From contig DATIGP010000098.1 of the NCBI GenBank assembly GCA_035454625.1, positions 9,391-73,390 on the forward strand: a DNA stretch of 64,000 bases, written 5' to 3'. The DNA is from Nitrospira sp. (lineage in GTDB: Bacteria; Nitrospirota; Nitrospiria; Nitrospirales; Nitrospiraceae). Under the pieces are notes generated by a model. The model had not been told where the DNA came from. It did not search any database and worked only from the letters and a program-made list of their open reading frames with translations. This document shows, piece after piece, positions 40,231-49,807 of this stretch (position 1 is its first letter; each line of letters begins with the position of its first letter). Made by a program: the position numbers and the translations under genes.

Positions 40231-41041
40231 TTTAACGTATACACGAAAGCTTTCGTTTGTTGGTGGTGGCCGGATAGCAGAAGCTTTGATCAGCGGGGTG
40301 CTTTCTTCGGGACTTTACAAAGCCGAGCAGATCCATGTTGCCGATCCGAATACAGCTAGGCTGGATCATCTCAAGAGACAGTACGGCGTTCAGGTTGATG
40401 CCAACAATCATGATGCCGTGGTTTCCGGAGATGTCGCCGTGCTGGCTGTGAAACCCCAGGTCGCGGCCGAAGTCCTCAATGAAATCGGTCATGTGTTGGC
40501 GCAGCAGCTCGTGATTTCGGTGATTGCAGGAGTGCAACTCAGTAAAATCAGTGAAGCATGTGCGCCGCAGACCCGTGTTATTCGAGCCATGCCGAACACA
40601 CCGGCGATGGTCGGCGAAGGAATGACCGCCTTGGCGATCGGTGCCGGGGTAGGGGACAATGAAGTGGCATGTGCGCGGCAGATTTTCCAATCAGTCGGAC
40701 GAGTGGTGTCCGTGGACGAGCGGTTCATGGATGCGGTAACCGGGTTGAGCGGAAGCGGGCCGGCCTACGTCTTCCTCATGATAGAAGCGATGGCCGATGG
40801 TGGCGTCAAGATGGGTTTATCGCGCGAGACGGCCGGTCTGCTGGCGGCGCAGACCGTGTTGGGTGCGGCACGGATGGTGTTAGAAACCGGACAGCATCCG
40901 GCGAGTCTCAAGGATCAGGTGGCGTCTCCCGGGGGAACCACGATGGCGGGTCTGCATCGGCTGGAACAAGGAGGCCTTCGCGGTGTGTTGATGGAGGCCG
41001 TTGAGGCTGCGACGAGGCGTTCTCAGGAGCTGAGAGGCTGA
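40223..41041 (+). CDS. proC: Pyrroline-5-carboxylate reductase
   Basis: FVGGG, LAVKPQ, RAMPNTP, GSGPAY, VASPGGTT. Confidence 0.96.
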   Translation: MSSLTYTRKLSFVGGGRIAEALISGVLSSGLYKAEQIHVADPNTARLDHLKRQYGVQVDANNHDAVVSGDVAVLAVKPQVAAEVLNEIGHVLAQQLVISVIAGVQLSKISEACAPQTRVIRAMPNTPAMVGEGMTALAIGAGVGDNEVACARQIFQSVGRVVSVDERFMDAVTGLSGSGPAYVFLMIEAMADGGVKMGLSRETAGLLAAQTVLGAARMVLETGQHPASLKDQVASPGGTTMAGLHRLEQGGLRGVLMEAVEAATRRSQELRG

Positions 41042-41337
41042 TGTTTGTGGTGGGGAACACTTTGTTAGGATTCGCTACGGTACTGGACTATGCGCTGACC
41101 TTCTATACTTGGATCGTCATCGCTCGGGCTCTGATTTCATGGGTGAACCCGGATCCGTGGAATCCAATCGTTCAATTCCTCACTCGTGCCACTGAGCCAG
41201 TCTTGGTCCCAATCCGGCGGCGGTTGGGCTTGAGCATGGGCGTGGATTTGTCGCCGTTGGTCGTTATCGTGGCAATCTGGTTCTTGCAGATCGCGGTCGT
41301 GCAGTCGATTAAGGATCTCGCGATACGGATGAATTGA
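41041..41337 (+). CDS. yggT: YggT-family membrane protein
   Basis: ISWVNPDPWNPIVQFL..ATEPVL, DLSP. Confidence 0.92.
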   Translation: MFVVGNTLLGFATVLDYALTFYTWIVIARALISWVNPDPWNPIVQFLTRATEPVLVPIRRRLGLSMGVDLSPLVVIVAIWFLQIAVVQSIKDLAIRMN

Positions 41338-41357
41338 CTCAACCAATGGGGGATGCC

Positions 41358-41870
41358 ATGAAAATCACACCGCTCGACATTCAGCAGACGGTCTTTCAGG
41401 TCAAGCTTCGCGGCTATGATCGTGAAGAGGTCAACCGCTTTTTGGAAGAAATTGCACAAACCGTCGAACTGTTGAACCGTGACAATGCCTTGTTGCGAGA
41501 CCGAACTATGTCGCTGGAACAGCAGGTATCGGAGTTGAAGCGGACTGAAGCGACCTTGTCTGCCACATTGGTCTCGGCGCAATCCTTGGCCGAGGATGTC
41601 AAGCGAAGCGCGCAACGCGATGCCGAACTGATCGTGAAAGAAGCGGAATTAAAAGCCGGTGAACTGATCAGACAGGCGCGGGTCGAGCTGGGAAATACAC
41701 AGCGGGACTTGGCTGTGCTGCAGAAGCAGCGAATGCTCATGGTAGAGCGGATGCGGGCGACGCTCCATACTTTCGAGCGGATGTTGGATGTGGAAGCAAG
41801 TGAAGCGTACCAAGATCACGGCGTCCTGGAGGTAGAAAAACTGGAAGGGGAATCCAGTCCTACCCGATGA
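41358..41870 (+). CDS. divIVA: DivIVA-family coiled-coil protein
   Basis: MKITPLDIQ..F..KLRGYDREEVNRFL followed by a coiled coil. Confidence 0.92.
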   Translation: MKITPLDIQQTVFQVKLRGYDREEVNRFLEEIAQTVELLNRDNALLRDRTMSLEQQVSELKRTEATLSATLVSAQSLAEDVKRSAQRDAELIVKEAELKAGELIRQARVELGNTQRDLAVLQKQRMLMVERMRATLHTFERMLDVEASEAYQDHGVLEVEKLEGESSPTR

Positions 41871-41946
41871 CCTTTCCGATCCATGCACCGTCGCTCCGTA
41901 GTGCTCGATCGTTCTTCTGAGCATCTTCCTTCGATCAATCGTCCTC

Positions 41947-43083
41947 ATGCCCGATTTCAGTGTCATCCAATCAGCGCTCGATCGAGCCGTAACCGAGGGG
42001 GTCTTCCCAGGAGCGGTATTGGCGGTGCGGTGCGGAGATAAACCGATTTCTCGCTTTCATGCAGGCCTGCTTTCCACAATCCCGCCCGGACCTCCGGTCA
42101 GCAGCTCTACGATTTATGACCTTGCTTCGTTGACGAAACCGTTGGCGACGGTTACGGCTCTCGTTCTATTGATGCAGAAAGGCCGTTGTCGGCTTAATGA
42201 CCGCGTGGCCGATCACCTATCGGAGTGTGCCGATACCGCCATCGGTTCTGCGACAATTCGTCACCTGCTGACGCATTCCTCCGGATTGCCTGGTTGGCGT
42301 GGATTCTACGAACGCCTCAGTCCGGATGGGGTAATCCCTTCGTCGGCTGAAGGGAGAGCGCGGGCCAAACTGGCTATGCTCCACCTCATCCGGTCTGAGG
42401 CGCCGGTGTATGAACGAGGTACACGCAGTCTCTACAGCGATCTTGGGTTCATGTTGCTCGGTCTTATTATTGAACGAAGCAGCCAGCAAACGATGCACGA
42501 CTACTTTCTTGATCACATTGCGCGCCCGCTAGGAGTGCGACGAATAGGGTTTGTCTTGCCGGATCGGCACTCTGTACTTTCCGACGGTGGAATCGACGAT
42601 ACCGGCGATGTGGCACCGACTGAGACGGATCGATGGCGAGGACGTCTCCTGTGTGGAGAAGTGCACGATCAGAATGCTGCTGCGTTGGGGGGTGAAGCGG
42701 GCCACGCCGGGCTCTTTGGGACGGCCGACTCGGTTTTGGCGATTTCAGGGGAGTGGTTGCGGGCCTATCAGGGGCGATCGACGATCATTGATCGGGCAAT
42801 GGCTCAGGAATTTACAGAACGACAGAATCCGGAACGATCATCAAGTTGGGCGCTTGGATGGGATACACCTTCAGAGCCGTCCTCCGCAGGACGCTACTTC
42901 AAGGCCCGGTCCTTCGGTCACCTAGGCTATACGGGAACTTCGATCTGGGTTGAGCCGGTTCAAGAATTGGAGGTGGTACTTCTTTCGAATCGCGTGCATC
43001 CCTCGAGTAGGAATGAAGCGATCCGAAAATTCCGTCCCGTGATTCATGATTTGGTGTACCAGGAATTCCTCGGCACGACTTAA
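41947..43083 (+). CDS. Serine hydrolase, beta-lactamase class C/AmpC-like family
   Basis: DLASLTK (SxxK), LLTHSSGL, YSDLG, GHAGLF, FGHLGYTG, LLSNRVHP. Confidence 0.9.
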   Translation: MPDFSVIQSALDRAVTEGVFPGAVLAVRCGDKPISRFHAGLLSTIPPGPPVSSSTIYDLASLTKPLATVTALVLLMQKGRCRLNDRVADHLSECADTAIGSATIRHLLTHSSGLPGWRGFYERLSPDGVIPSSAEGRARAKLAMLHLIRSEAPVYERGTRSLYSDLGFMLLGLIIERSSQQTMHDYFLDHIARPLGVRRIGFVLPDRHSVLSDGGIDDTGDVAPTETDRWRGRLLCGEVHDQNAAALGGEAGHAGLFGTADSVLAISGEWLRAYQGRSTIIDRAMAQEFTERQNPERSSSWALGWDTPSEPSSAGRYFKARSFGHLGYTGTSIWVEPVQELEVVLLSNRVHPSSRNEAIRKFRPVIHDLVYQEFLGTT

Positions 43084-43397
43084 GATCGATCGGGGTAATC
43101 GAGCCATGTTTCCTTTTCGGCAAGATACCGTGTCCCTTTGAAATTGGCCCGCGTTCTCATGCGAGTGAACCCCGATTCTTGTAATTTATCTACTAATTCC
43201 TTCACCGCCGCGGCAATGGTAGAGTGCGACCGGCTCTCAACGACGAACGCTTCATACGTAATTTTGGCGGTGTATCCGGATGGGATCCGATTGACCAGGA
43301 TAGTGCGATTGAAATATCGATCGCTCGGATCGACCCCTTCAAGCTGATGTTTCTCCACCAATCCTTCTTTCTTGAATATCAGTGGCAACGTACTCAT
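43080..43397 (-). CDS. Hypothetical protein
   Basis: ORF 43080..43517, likely start MSTLPLIFKKEGLVEKHQ. Fills the gap between convergent and divergent neighbours. Confidence 0.6.
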   Translation of the reverse strand: MSTLPLIFKKEGLVEKHQLEGVDPSDRYFNRTILVNRIPSGYTAKITYEAFVVESRSHSTIAAAVKELVDKLQESGFTRMRTRANFKGTRYLAEKETWLDYPDRS

Positions 43398-43546
43398 GCT
43401 CTCTCCATCCTCCAAAACTACAATGAGCAACAGGTTCGCTCGATTATAAAAGGTCATCTGTACAGCGTGCAACTCGTTGACAAGCGTGGCTGCCGTTACT
43501 ATGATGCCTCCCTTCATTCAGTCAGAGGCCTGTCCAGCTCCATCCC

Positions 43547-44089
43547 ATGAACATTCCCAATAGCCTCACGATTCTTCGTATTCTCTTGGTCCCGGTCTAC
43601 ATAGGATTCATGACGTATGGCTCCTATGGCTTCGCACTCCTGACACTACTCGTCGCAGGACTGACGGATGCCATCGACGGTCATCTCGCACGGAAACTGA
43701 ATCAGCGGACACGATTGGGAACCTTACTCGATCCCCTTGCGGACAAGCTTCTATTGACGTCGAGCTTTATCTCATTGGCGATGCTGCATCTGGTGCCGTC
43801 CTGGCTGGTCATCTTGGTCGTGAGCCGGGACATTATACTCTTACTGGGAACGGTGGTGGCTCACGTCACCAGTACGCCAATCAATGTAACTCCGACGCTT
43901 TTGGGAAAAGGCACGACCCTCCTTCAATTGAGCTATGTCCTTTTGATTGTCTTCTTGACATGGCGAGGACTCGACCGCTCCCTACTGGCTCCATTCGTCG
44001 TCGTCATGGTGGGATTCACCCTTGCCTCAGGATTACATTATCTCTATAGAGGGTATCGAGACACGAATGCGGCTCCTCCCCTGGCTTAG
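43547..44089 (+). CDS. pgsA: CDP-diacylglycerol--glycerol-3-phosphate phosphatidyltransferase family
   Basis: NIPNSLTILR, DAIDGHLAR..GTLLDPLADK. Confidence 0.85.
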   Translation: MNIPNSLTILRILLVPVYIGFMTYGSYGFALLTLLVAGLTDAIDGHLARKLNQRTRLGTLLDPLADKLLLTSSFISLAMLHLVPSWLVILVVSRDIILLLGTVVAHVTSTPINVTPTLLGKGTTLLQLSYVLLIVFLTWRGLDRSLLAPFVVVMVGFTLASGLHYLYRGYRDTNAAPPLA

Positions 44090-44149
44090 CGACTCCGTAG
44101 CGCCTGCGAAGTCCGACATCTTCGCAGCTCGGCAAATATTTCAATTGTT

Positions 44150-44178
44150 TTGACAGCTTCTCGACCCGCCAGTAGACT
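44150..44178 (+). promoter_or_regulatory. sigma70 promoter upstream of pilC
   Basis: TTGACA (44150-44155), 17-nt spacer, TAGACT (44173-44178). Confidence 0.7.
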
Positions 44179-44235
44179 CGCTTCGTAGTCCTAGCTTCAT
44201 CGCTAGGCTCAGGAAGCCAAAACAGGACGAGAAGT

Positions 44236-45450
44236 ATGGCCACATTTGCATATGTCGGGCGCACCAGATCTGGAGCGGTGAAAAAAGGGGAACTCGTCGC
44301 GAAGTCACGCGATGAAGCCGTGGAGCAACTACGGAAACAAAGCGTGGTGGTGACCAGTCTCGAAGAGAGGGCCGCCAGAGAGGGATTCCGCTTTAAGCTT
44401 GGAACCGGGGTGAGCGAAAAGGACTTGGTCGTATTTACCAGGCAATTTGGGACCATGATCAATGCCGGCTTGCCGTTGATTCAATGCCTGGAAATCTTAT
44501 CGACGCAATCGGAAAATGCGACCCTCAGGAAATCCGTAGGCGAGATTAAAGTCCAGGTCGAGGGAGGCTCGACCTTTTCCGATGCGCTCCGGAAACATCC
44601 CAAAATCTTTGATGACTTGTACGTCAATATGGTTCATGCCGGTGAAGTGGGGGGGTTGCTCGATACCATTCTTGGCCGTCTCTCGAAACATATCGAGAAA
44701 GCCATGAAGCTAAAGGGACAGATCAAAAGCGCATTGGTCTATCCTGCCGCCATCGTCGGTATTGCCGCCATCGTGATCACCGTCCTTATGATCTGGGTTA
44801 TACCCGTGTTTGAAAAAATGTTTAAAGAGATGTCCGGCGGCAAGATGGCGCTTCCAGGGCCGACACAACTGGTCATCGACATGAGTAATTTTGCACAAGG
44901 ATATTGGTACGTCATTCTTGGAGTGATCGTAGCCACAGTAGTCGGTGTCAAAAAATACTACGCGACCCCCCAAGGCAGGCTGGCTATTGACAAGATTCTG
45001 CTGAAACTCCCGGTATTCGGAGATCTCATCAGGAAGGCCTCGGTGGCCAAATTCACACGGACGCTTGGAACGTTGCTGGCCAGCGGTGTTCCGCTGCTTG
45101 AAGCTTTGACTATTTGCGCGAAGACTTCCGGAAATAAGGTCGTAGAAGGGGCGCTTCTCGATGCGAAGGTCAGCATCAGCGGCGGCAAGACAATCTCAGA
45201 GCCGTTGGCCAAGAGCGGCACGTTCCCGAAGATGGTCACGCATATGATTTCCGTCGGAGAGTCGACTGGCGCACTGGACAGTATGCTCGGAAAAATCGCG
45301 GATTTCTACGAAGACGAAGTCGACCAGGCTGTGACGAACCTCACGGCTCTTTTGGAGCCGATGATGATGGTGTTTTTGGGGGTAACAGTCGGCTTTATCG
45401 TCGTCGCGATGTATTTGCCTATTTTTACGATGGCGTCCGCAATCGGTTAG
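44236..45450 (+). CDS. pilC: Type IV pilus inner-membrane platform protein (T2SS F family)
   Basis: FTRQFGTMINAGLPL, GEVGGLLD, ALVYP, GESTGALD, EP..MYLPIF. Confidence 0.95.
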   Translation: MATFAYVGRTRSGAVKKGELVAKSRDEAVEQLRKQSVVVTSLEERAAREGFRFKLGTGVSEKDLVVFTRQFGTMINAGLPLIQCLEILSTQSENATLRKSVGEIKVQVEGGSTFSDALRKHPKIFDDLYVNMVHAGEVGGLLDTILGRLSKHIEKAMKLKGQIKSALVYPAAIVGIAAIVITVLMIWVIPVFEKMFKEMSGGKMALPGPTQLVIDMSNFAQGYWYVILGVIVATVVGVKKYYATPQGRLAIDKILLKLPVFGDLIRKASVAKFTRTLGTLLASGVPLLEALTICAKTSGNKVVEGALLDAKVSISGGKTISEPLAKSGTFPKMVTHMISVGESTGALDSMLGKIADFYEDEVDQAVTNLTALLEPMMMVFLGVTVGFIVVAMYLPIFTMASAIG

Positions 45451-45573
45451 GCCAATTAACGACTGAATTGAGCAGCGGTTTCCTTCCTCCGGATAGTTGG
45501 GCGTGAAGCCGTTGTCTTCCGGCGAACTTCTTCGTCGTTACGATCACCATCGACCCACTCCCAAGACACGCCG

Positions 45574-47337
45574 GTGAGATGGAACCCTCACGAAGTTAAA
45601 TTGGACGTGATGGTGGAATCTCCTCTAGGCGAGCTTCAGTTTGTGGAAGATATCAAAGCCAGAATCTACTGGTTGATGGGGTGGCGAGTCGTTATCGTCA
45701 CCTTGCTACTTGGGCTTTCCCTCGCATTTCAGGTCACGAAGGGCGAACGAGTTGAAACGTTCTATGCTCTGATCATCTTCACTTATGCGGTCACCATCCT
45801 TTACGTGTTCGTTTTGAGGTCGCTCACCACCCCGCGCGTTCTCGCGCAATTCGCGTGGACACAGATCGGGGTCGACTTCCTGCTCGAGACCGTCCTCATC
45901 GCGAGAACGGGGGGAATCGAAAGTCCGTTTGCTGTGCTGTATGTAATCAGTGTGACCGTCGCAAGTTTGGTTCCGCGTCGCCGTGTAGGACTCTTGACGG
46001 CCAGCCTCTGCATCATTTTGTTTGGCATTCTGACCAATGTGCAACTCTACGGCCTTGCAGAAGTATGGGGATGGTTGCCCCGTGCTCATCTCAGCGCCGC
46101 TGAAACACTCCATGCGTTCGGTGTCTACGGACTGGCGTTTCTGGTCGTCGGGTTTCTGAGCGGTGCCCTGGCGGATCAGCTTCGACTGGCCGATCAATCG
46201 ATTCGTGAAAAAGAGCAGGGACTGAGTCGGCTTCAGGCGTTCCATGAGAATATCCTCCACAGCATCAGTAGCGGCGTGTTTGCCACCGATGAGAATGGAC
46301 GAATTACGTCTTTCAATCCTGCCGCCCAGGAAGCCACGGGCTACAGCTTTGAGCAAGTACAGGGGCGTCCTTGGCGGGAAGTGTTTAACTGGCGACCAGT
46401 TCAGCAAGACGAGGATTGCATGCACGATGCGTCCGCCAACATTCGGTTCGAAGTGGAGTGCAAGCGGTCCGATGGTAATCGGCTGATTCTCGGTATGACG
46501 CTTGCGCCTTTACACGAGCGAGGAGAAAGAACGGGGCTGGTTGGAGTGTTCAAAGATCTTACCCAGATCCGTGATCTCGAAGAAGAAATGCGACGCAAGG
46601 AGTGGTTGGCCAGCCTCGGAGAGATGTCGGCGGGGATGGCGCACGAAATCAGGAATCCTTTGGGCGCACTGGCCGGCGCGATGCAAATGCTTCGGAAAGA
46701 TCTTCAAGGCGATGATACCAGCCAACGCTTGATGGACATCGCGGTTCGGGAAGCGACCCGGTTGGACGCCATCATCACGGAATTTCTCCAGTACGCCAGA
46801 CCGCCTGCACTGAATTTGGCTGAGTGCGATTTAAACAAAGTCCTTGCTGAGACTCTTGATCTGGTACAACATGAAGCACGAAGCCGAACGAACATCACCA
46901 TCGTGGCTGCTCCCTGCATCGGGGTTTTGCCTGCGCAAGTGGATCAGGATCAAATGAAACAAGTGTTCTGGAATCTGGCGACGAACGCCTTCGATGCCAT
47001 GCCCAACGGCGGACAACTGACGATTGCAACCGGGTGTCGGAAGGTCGACGTCGCCGGGCGAAAGGCGGAGGTGGTAGAGGTCTCATTTCAGGATACCGGG
47101 GAAGGCATTCCCAAGGACCATCTCGGGAAAGTTTTTCTTCCGTTTTTTACCACCAAAAAACACGGCTCTGGATTGGGGTTGGCCGCAGTTCATCGCATCG
47201 TCGATCTTCACGGGGGGTGGATCAAAGTGGACAGCCAGCAAGGTCATGGGACACGATTTGGAGTGTGCTTGCCTCGTACGACACATTCAGGCGTGCGACT
47301 TTGGCATGAAGGTAGAGAACCGTGGAAAAGATCCTAG
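45574..47337 (+). CDS. pilS: PilS-type sensor histidine kinase (6 TM + PAS + HisKA + HATPase)
   Basis: TGGIESPF, AHEIRNPLG, NLATNAFDAM, DTGEGI, FFTTK..GSGLGL. Confidence 0.88.
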   Translation: MRWNPHEVKLDVMVESPLGELQFVEDIKARIYWLMGWRVVIVTLLLGLSLAFQVTKGERVETFYALIIFTYAVTILYVFVLRSLTTPRVLAQFAWTQIGVDFLLETVLIARTGGIESPFAVLYVISVTVASLVPRRRVGLLTASLCIILFGILTNVQLYGLAEVWGWLPRAHLSAAETLHAFGVYGLAFLVVGFLSGALADQLRLADQSIREKEQGLSRLQAFHENILHSISSGVFATDENGRITSFNPAAQEATGYSFEQVQGRPWREVFNWRPVQQDEDCMHDASANIRFEVECKRSDGNRLILGMTLAPLHERGERTGLVGVFKDLTQIRDLEEEMRRKEWLASLGEMSAGMAHEIRNPLGALAGAMQMLRKDLQGDDTSQRLMDIAVREATRLDAIITEFLQYARPPALNLAECDLNKVLAETLDLVQHEARSRTNITIVAAPCIGVLPAQVDQDQMKQVFWNLATNAFDAMPNGGQLTIATGCRKVDVAGRKAEVVEVSFQDTGEGIPKDHLGKVFLPFFTTKKHGSGLGLAAVHRIVDLHGGWIKVDSQQGHGTRFGVCLPRTTHSGVRLWHEGREPWKRS

Positions 47338-48707
47338 TCGTTGATGACGAACAAAGTTTGCGCGACGTACTGACCATCATGCTCAAACGAGCCGGATATG
47401 CCGTGACCAGCGCCATAGACGGCGAAGAAGCCATCGAGTTGCTGAACAGGGAAATCTTTGATCTGGTCATCACCGATTTGAGGATGCCGAAGATCGATGG
47501 AATGGAGGTCCTCAAGGCCGTAAAGTCTGCCTCGCCGGAAACCGTCGTACTGATCATCACGGCCTTTGCGACCGCGGATTCCGCCGTCGAAGCCATGAAA
47601 CAGGGCGCGTACGACTATCTGACGAAACCGTTTCAAGTCGATGAAGTCCAGCTGATCATCCGAAACGCACTAGAAAAGCGGCGCCTTACGACCGAAAACA
47701 TGCTTCTCAAGCGGGAGATGGCCAGCCAGTCGTCATTCGCACAGCTGGTCGGTCAAAGCGAGGCGATGCAGAAGGTGTTTGACGTCGTGAGGAAAGTCGC
47801 TGACTCGAAAAGCAATGTCCTCATCTGCGGCGAAAGTGGAACGGGGAAAGAGCTGGTGGCGCGAGCGATTCATTACAACAGCACCAGAAGCGCTCTTCCG
47901 TTTGTGGCCGTGAACTGCAGTGCAGTGCCAGAAACGTTGCTGGAGAGTGAGCTGTTCGGCCACATGAAGGGATCGTTCACCGGAGCGATCTCGAACAAAG
48001 CGGGGTTGTTCGAGATCGCCGACGGAGGCACCATTTTTCTCGATGAGATCGGCGATACGACCCCGACGATTCAAGTGAAACTGTTGCGCGTCATTCAAGA
48101 GCGGGAATTCCGACGGGTGGGCGGGCATCAAGACATCAAGGTCGACGTACGTGTGGTGGCCGCCACGAATAAGGAACTCGAGAAGGCGGTCGCGGAAGGC
48201 TCGTTTCGAGAAGATCTCTACTATCGTTTGGATGTGATTCCCATACGGCTTCCACCTTTGCGTATGCGTACAGGGGATATTCCTTTGTTGGTCAATCATT
48301 TTCTGGAGCGCTTTTCGAAGGAGAGCGGAAGGCCAAAACCCGTGATCAGCCCGGAGGCCATGCAGGTCTTGCTGGGGCATGAATGGCGCGGCAATGTCCG
48401 TGAGTTGGAAAATCTCATCGAACGGGTCGTCGCCTTTTCGACGGAAGGGCCGGTGACCGACGTCGAGGTGCACGGATGGCTTCATCGACCCGCGACGCAT
48501 CCGTCACAACCGGCGATGCCGCTGGATCTGACGGAGGAAGGGGTGGATCTCGAGGGGCTTATCAACGGAATCGAGAAGGATCTATTGCTGAAGGCTCTTG
48601 AACGATCGAAGTGGGTCAAGAAAAAGGCGGCGCGGATGCTCCGTCTCAACACCAGATCGTTTCGGTATCGCTTGGAGAAGTATGCTATAAAAGGGGGTCG
48701 TGACTAA
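47322..48707 (+). CDS. pilR: PilR-type sigma54-dependent response regulator
   Basis: REC domain, GESGTGKE, ESELFGH, GSFTGA, RFD-like LYYRL, W.GNVRELEN, Fis HTH. Confidence 0.88.
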   Translation: MEKILVVDDEQSLRDVLTIMLKRAGYAVTSAIDGEEAIELLNREIFDLVITDLRMPKIDGMEVLKAVKSASPETVVLIITAFATADSAVEAMKQGAYDYLTKPFQVDEVQLIIRNALEKRRLTTENMLLKREMASQSSFAQLVGQSEAMQKVFDVVRKVADSKSNVLICGESGTGKELVARAIHYNSTRSALPFVAVNCSAVPETLLESELFGHMKGSFTGAISNKAGLFEIADGGTIFLDEIGDTTPTIQVKLLRVIQEREFRRVGGHQDIKVDVRVVAATNKELEKAVAEGSFREDLYYRLDVIPIRLPPLRMRTGDIPLLVNHFLERFSKESGRPKPVISPEAMQVLLGHEWRGNVRELENLIERVVAFSTEGPVTDVEVHGWLHRPATHPSQPAMPLDLTEEGVDLEGLINGIEKDLLLKALERSKWVKKKAARMLRLNTRSFRYRLEKYAIKGGRD

Positions 48708-49614
48708 CTCCGCTTCCCGAGCGACCCTCTTGCCTGCTTCGCTTACCGTTTTCGCACCCGCCAAAATCAACCTAGTTCTTCGTATTCTCGACCGTCGGTC
48801 CGACGGTTATCACAACCTCTGGTCTCTGATGCATACCGTGCAGTTGGAGGACGAGCTCTCGCTTTCCTTTAGCGAAAGCCATTCGACCATCACTTTGCGA
48901 TGCGATGAACCTTCCTTGAAGACGGATCCTTCCAACCTGGTGTGTCGTGCGGCGGAGGCGGTTCTCGGTGCCTGTCGCCGAACCGTCGGATTGGACATGG
49001 TCCTCGCAAAGCGAATTCCAATCGGCGCGGGATTGGGAGGGGGTAGCAGCGATGCCGCAGCCACTATTATCGGATTGAACCGGCTGTTGAATTTAGGATG
49101 GTCAAGAGAAAAGATGGCCCAGGTCGGTCAAACACTCGGAAGCGATGTCCCGTTCTTTTTTTTCGCTCCTTCCGCAATCGTGGAAGGGCGTGGCGAAAAG
49201 GTGGCACCTGTGCGAATTACGGGCACCCGATGGATCGTTCTCGTCAATCCTGGATTTTCAGTCGAAACAAAGTCGGCGTATCAACAACTTTCTGTAAGCC
49301 GGACAGGGATACAGCCGCTGTCAGCTGTCCATTCGAGGCTGGGGATGGCATCTGAGCTGTCATGGCCCGAGGTGCTCCAGGCGGCCGAGAATGATTTTGA
49401 AGCTACGGTGTTCAAGACTCACCCCGTCCTTCACGGGATCAAACACAAACTTCTTGCTGAAAGAGCAGAGACGGCTCTGCTTTCAGGGAGCGGCGCAACG
49501 GTCTTTGGTGTATTTCGTGACGAGCCATCAGCACGGCAGGCCCATTCACACTTACAGACTGATCCTCATCTCAGGGTGCATACCGTTTCAACTCTCCCTG
49601 TCCTCGGGTGGTAA
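48700..49614 (+). CDS. ispE: 4-diphosphocytidyl-2-C-methyl-D-erythritol kinase
   Basis: APAKINL, KRIPIGAGLGGGSSDAA, GSDVPFF, NDFE, LSGSGATVFG. Confidence 0.97.
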   Translation: MTNSASRATLLPASLTVFAPAKINLVLRILDRRSDGYHNLWSLMHTVQLEDELSLSFSESHSTITLRCDEPSLKTDPSNLVCRAAEAVLGACRRTVGLDMVLAKRIPIGAGLGGGSSDAAATIIGLNRLLNLGWSREKMAQVGQTLGSDVPFFFFAPSAIVEGRGEKVAPVRITGTRWIVLVNPGFSVETKSAYQQLSVSRTGIQPLSAVHSRLGMASELSWPEVLQAAENDFEATVFKTHPVLHGIKHKLLAERAETALLSGSGATVFGVFRDEPSARQAHSHLQTDPHLRVHTVSTLPVLGW

Positions 49615-49637
49615 CGCACGATACGCGATGGTGTTTC

Positions 49638-49667
49638 TTGACAGAGCCCCGTGATTTCCGATACAGT
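49638..49667 (+). promoter_or_regulatory. Putative sigma70 promoter for prs-rplY-pth-ychF
   Basis: TTGACA (49638-49643), 18-nt spacer, TACAGT (49662-49667). Confidence 0.55.
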
Positions 49668-49807
49668 TTCATCTCTTGATCGGCTTCACCAGTGGTGTGT
49701 GCAACGAACGAGAGGATCTTCCTACAGAAGGCCACGCCACTCACCGGATAAGAACCACGCGAAAATCCAACACGTTATAGATAAAGACGACGGTTCAGGA
49801 AAGTTTG

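Noticed and set aside
49615-49805. Expected tRNA-Gln between ispE and prs
   Set aside because: No GGTTCGAATCC-type T-arm or cloverleaf; only a hairpin (reported as a finding).
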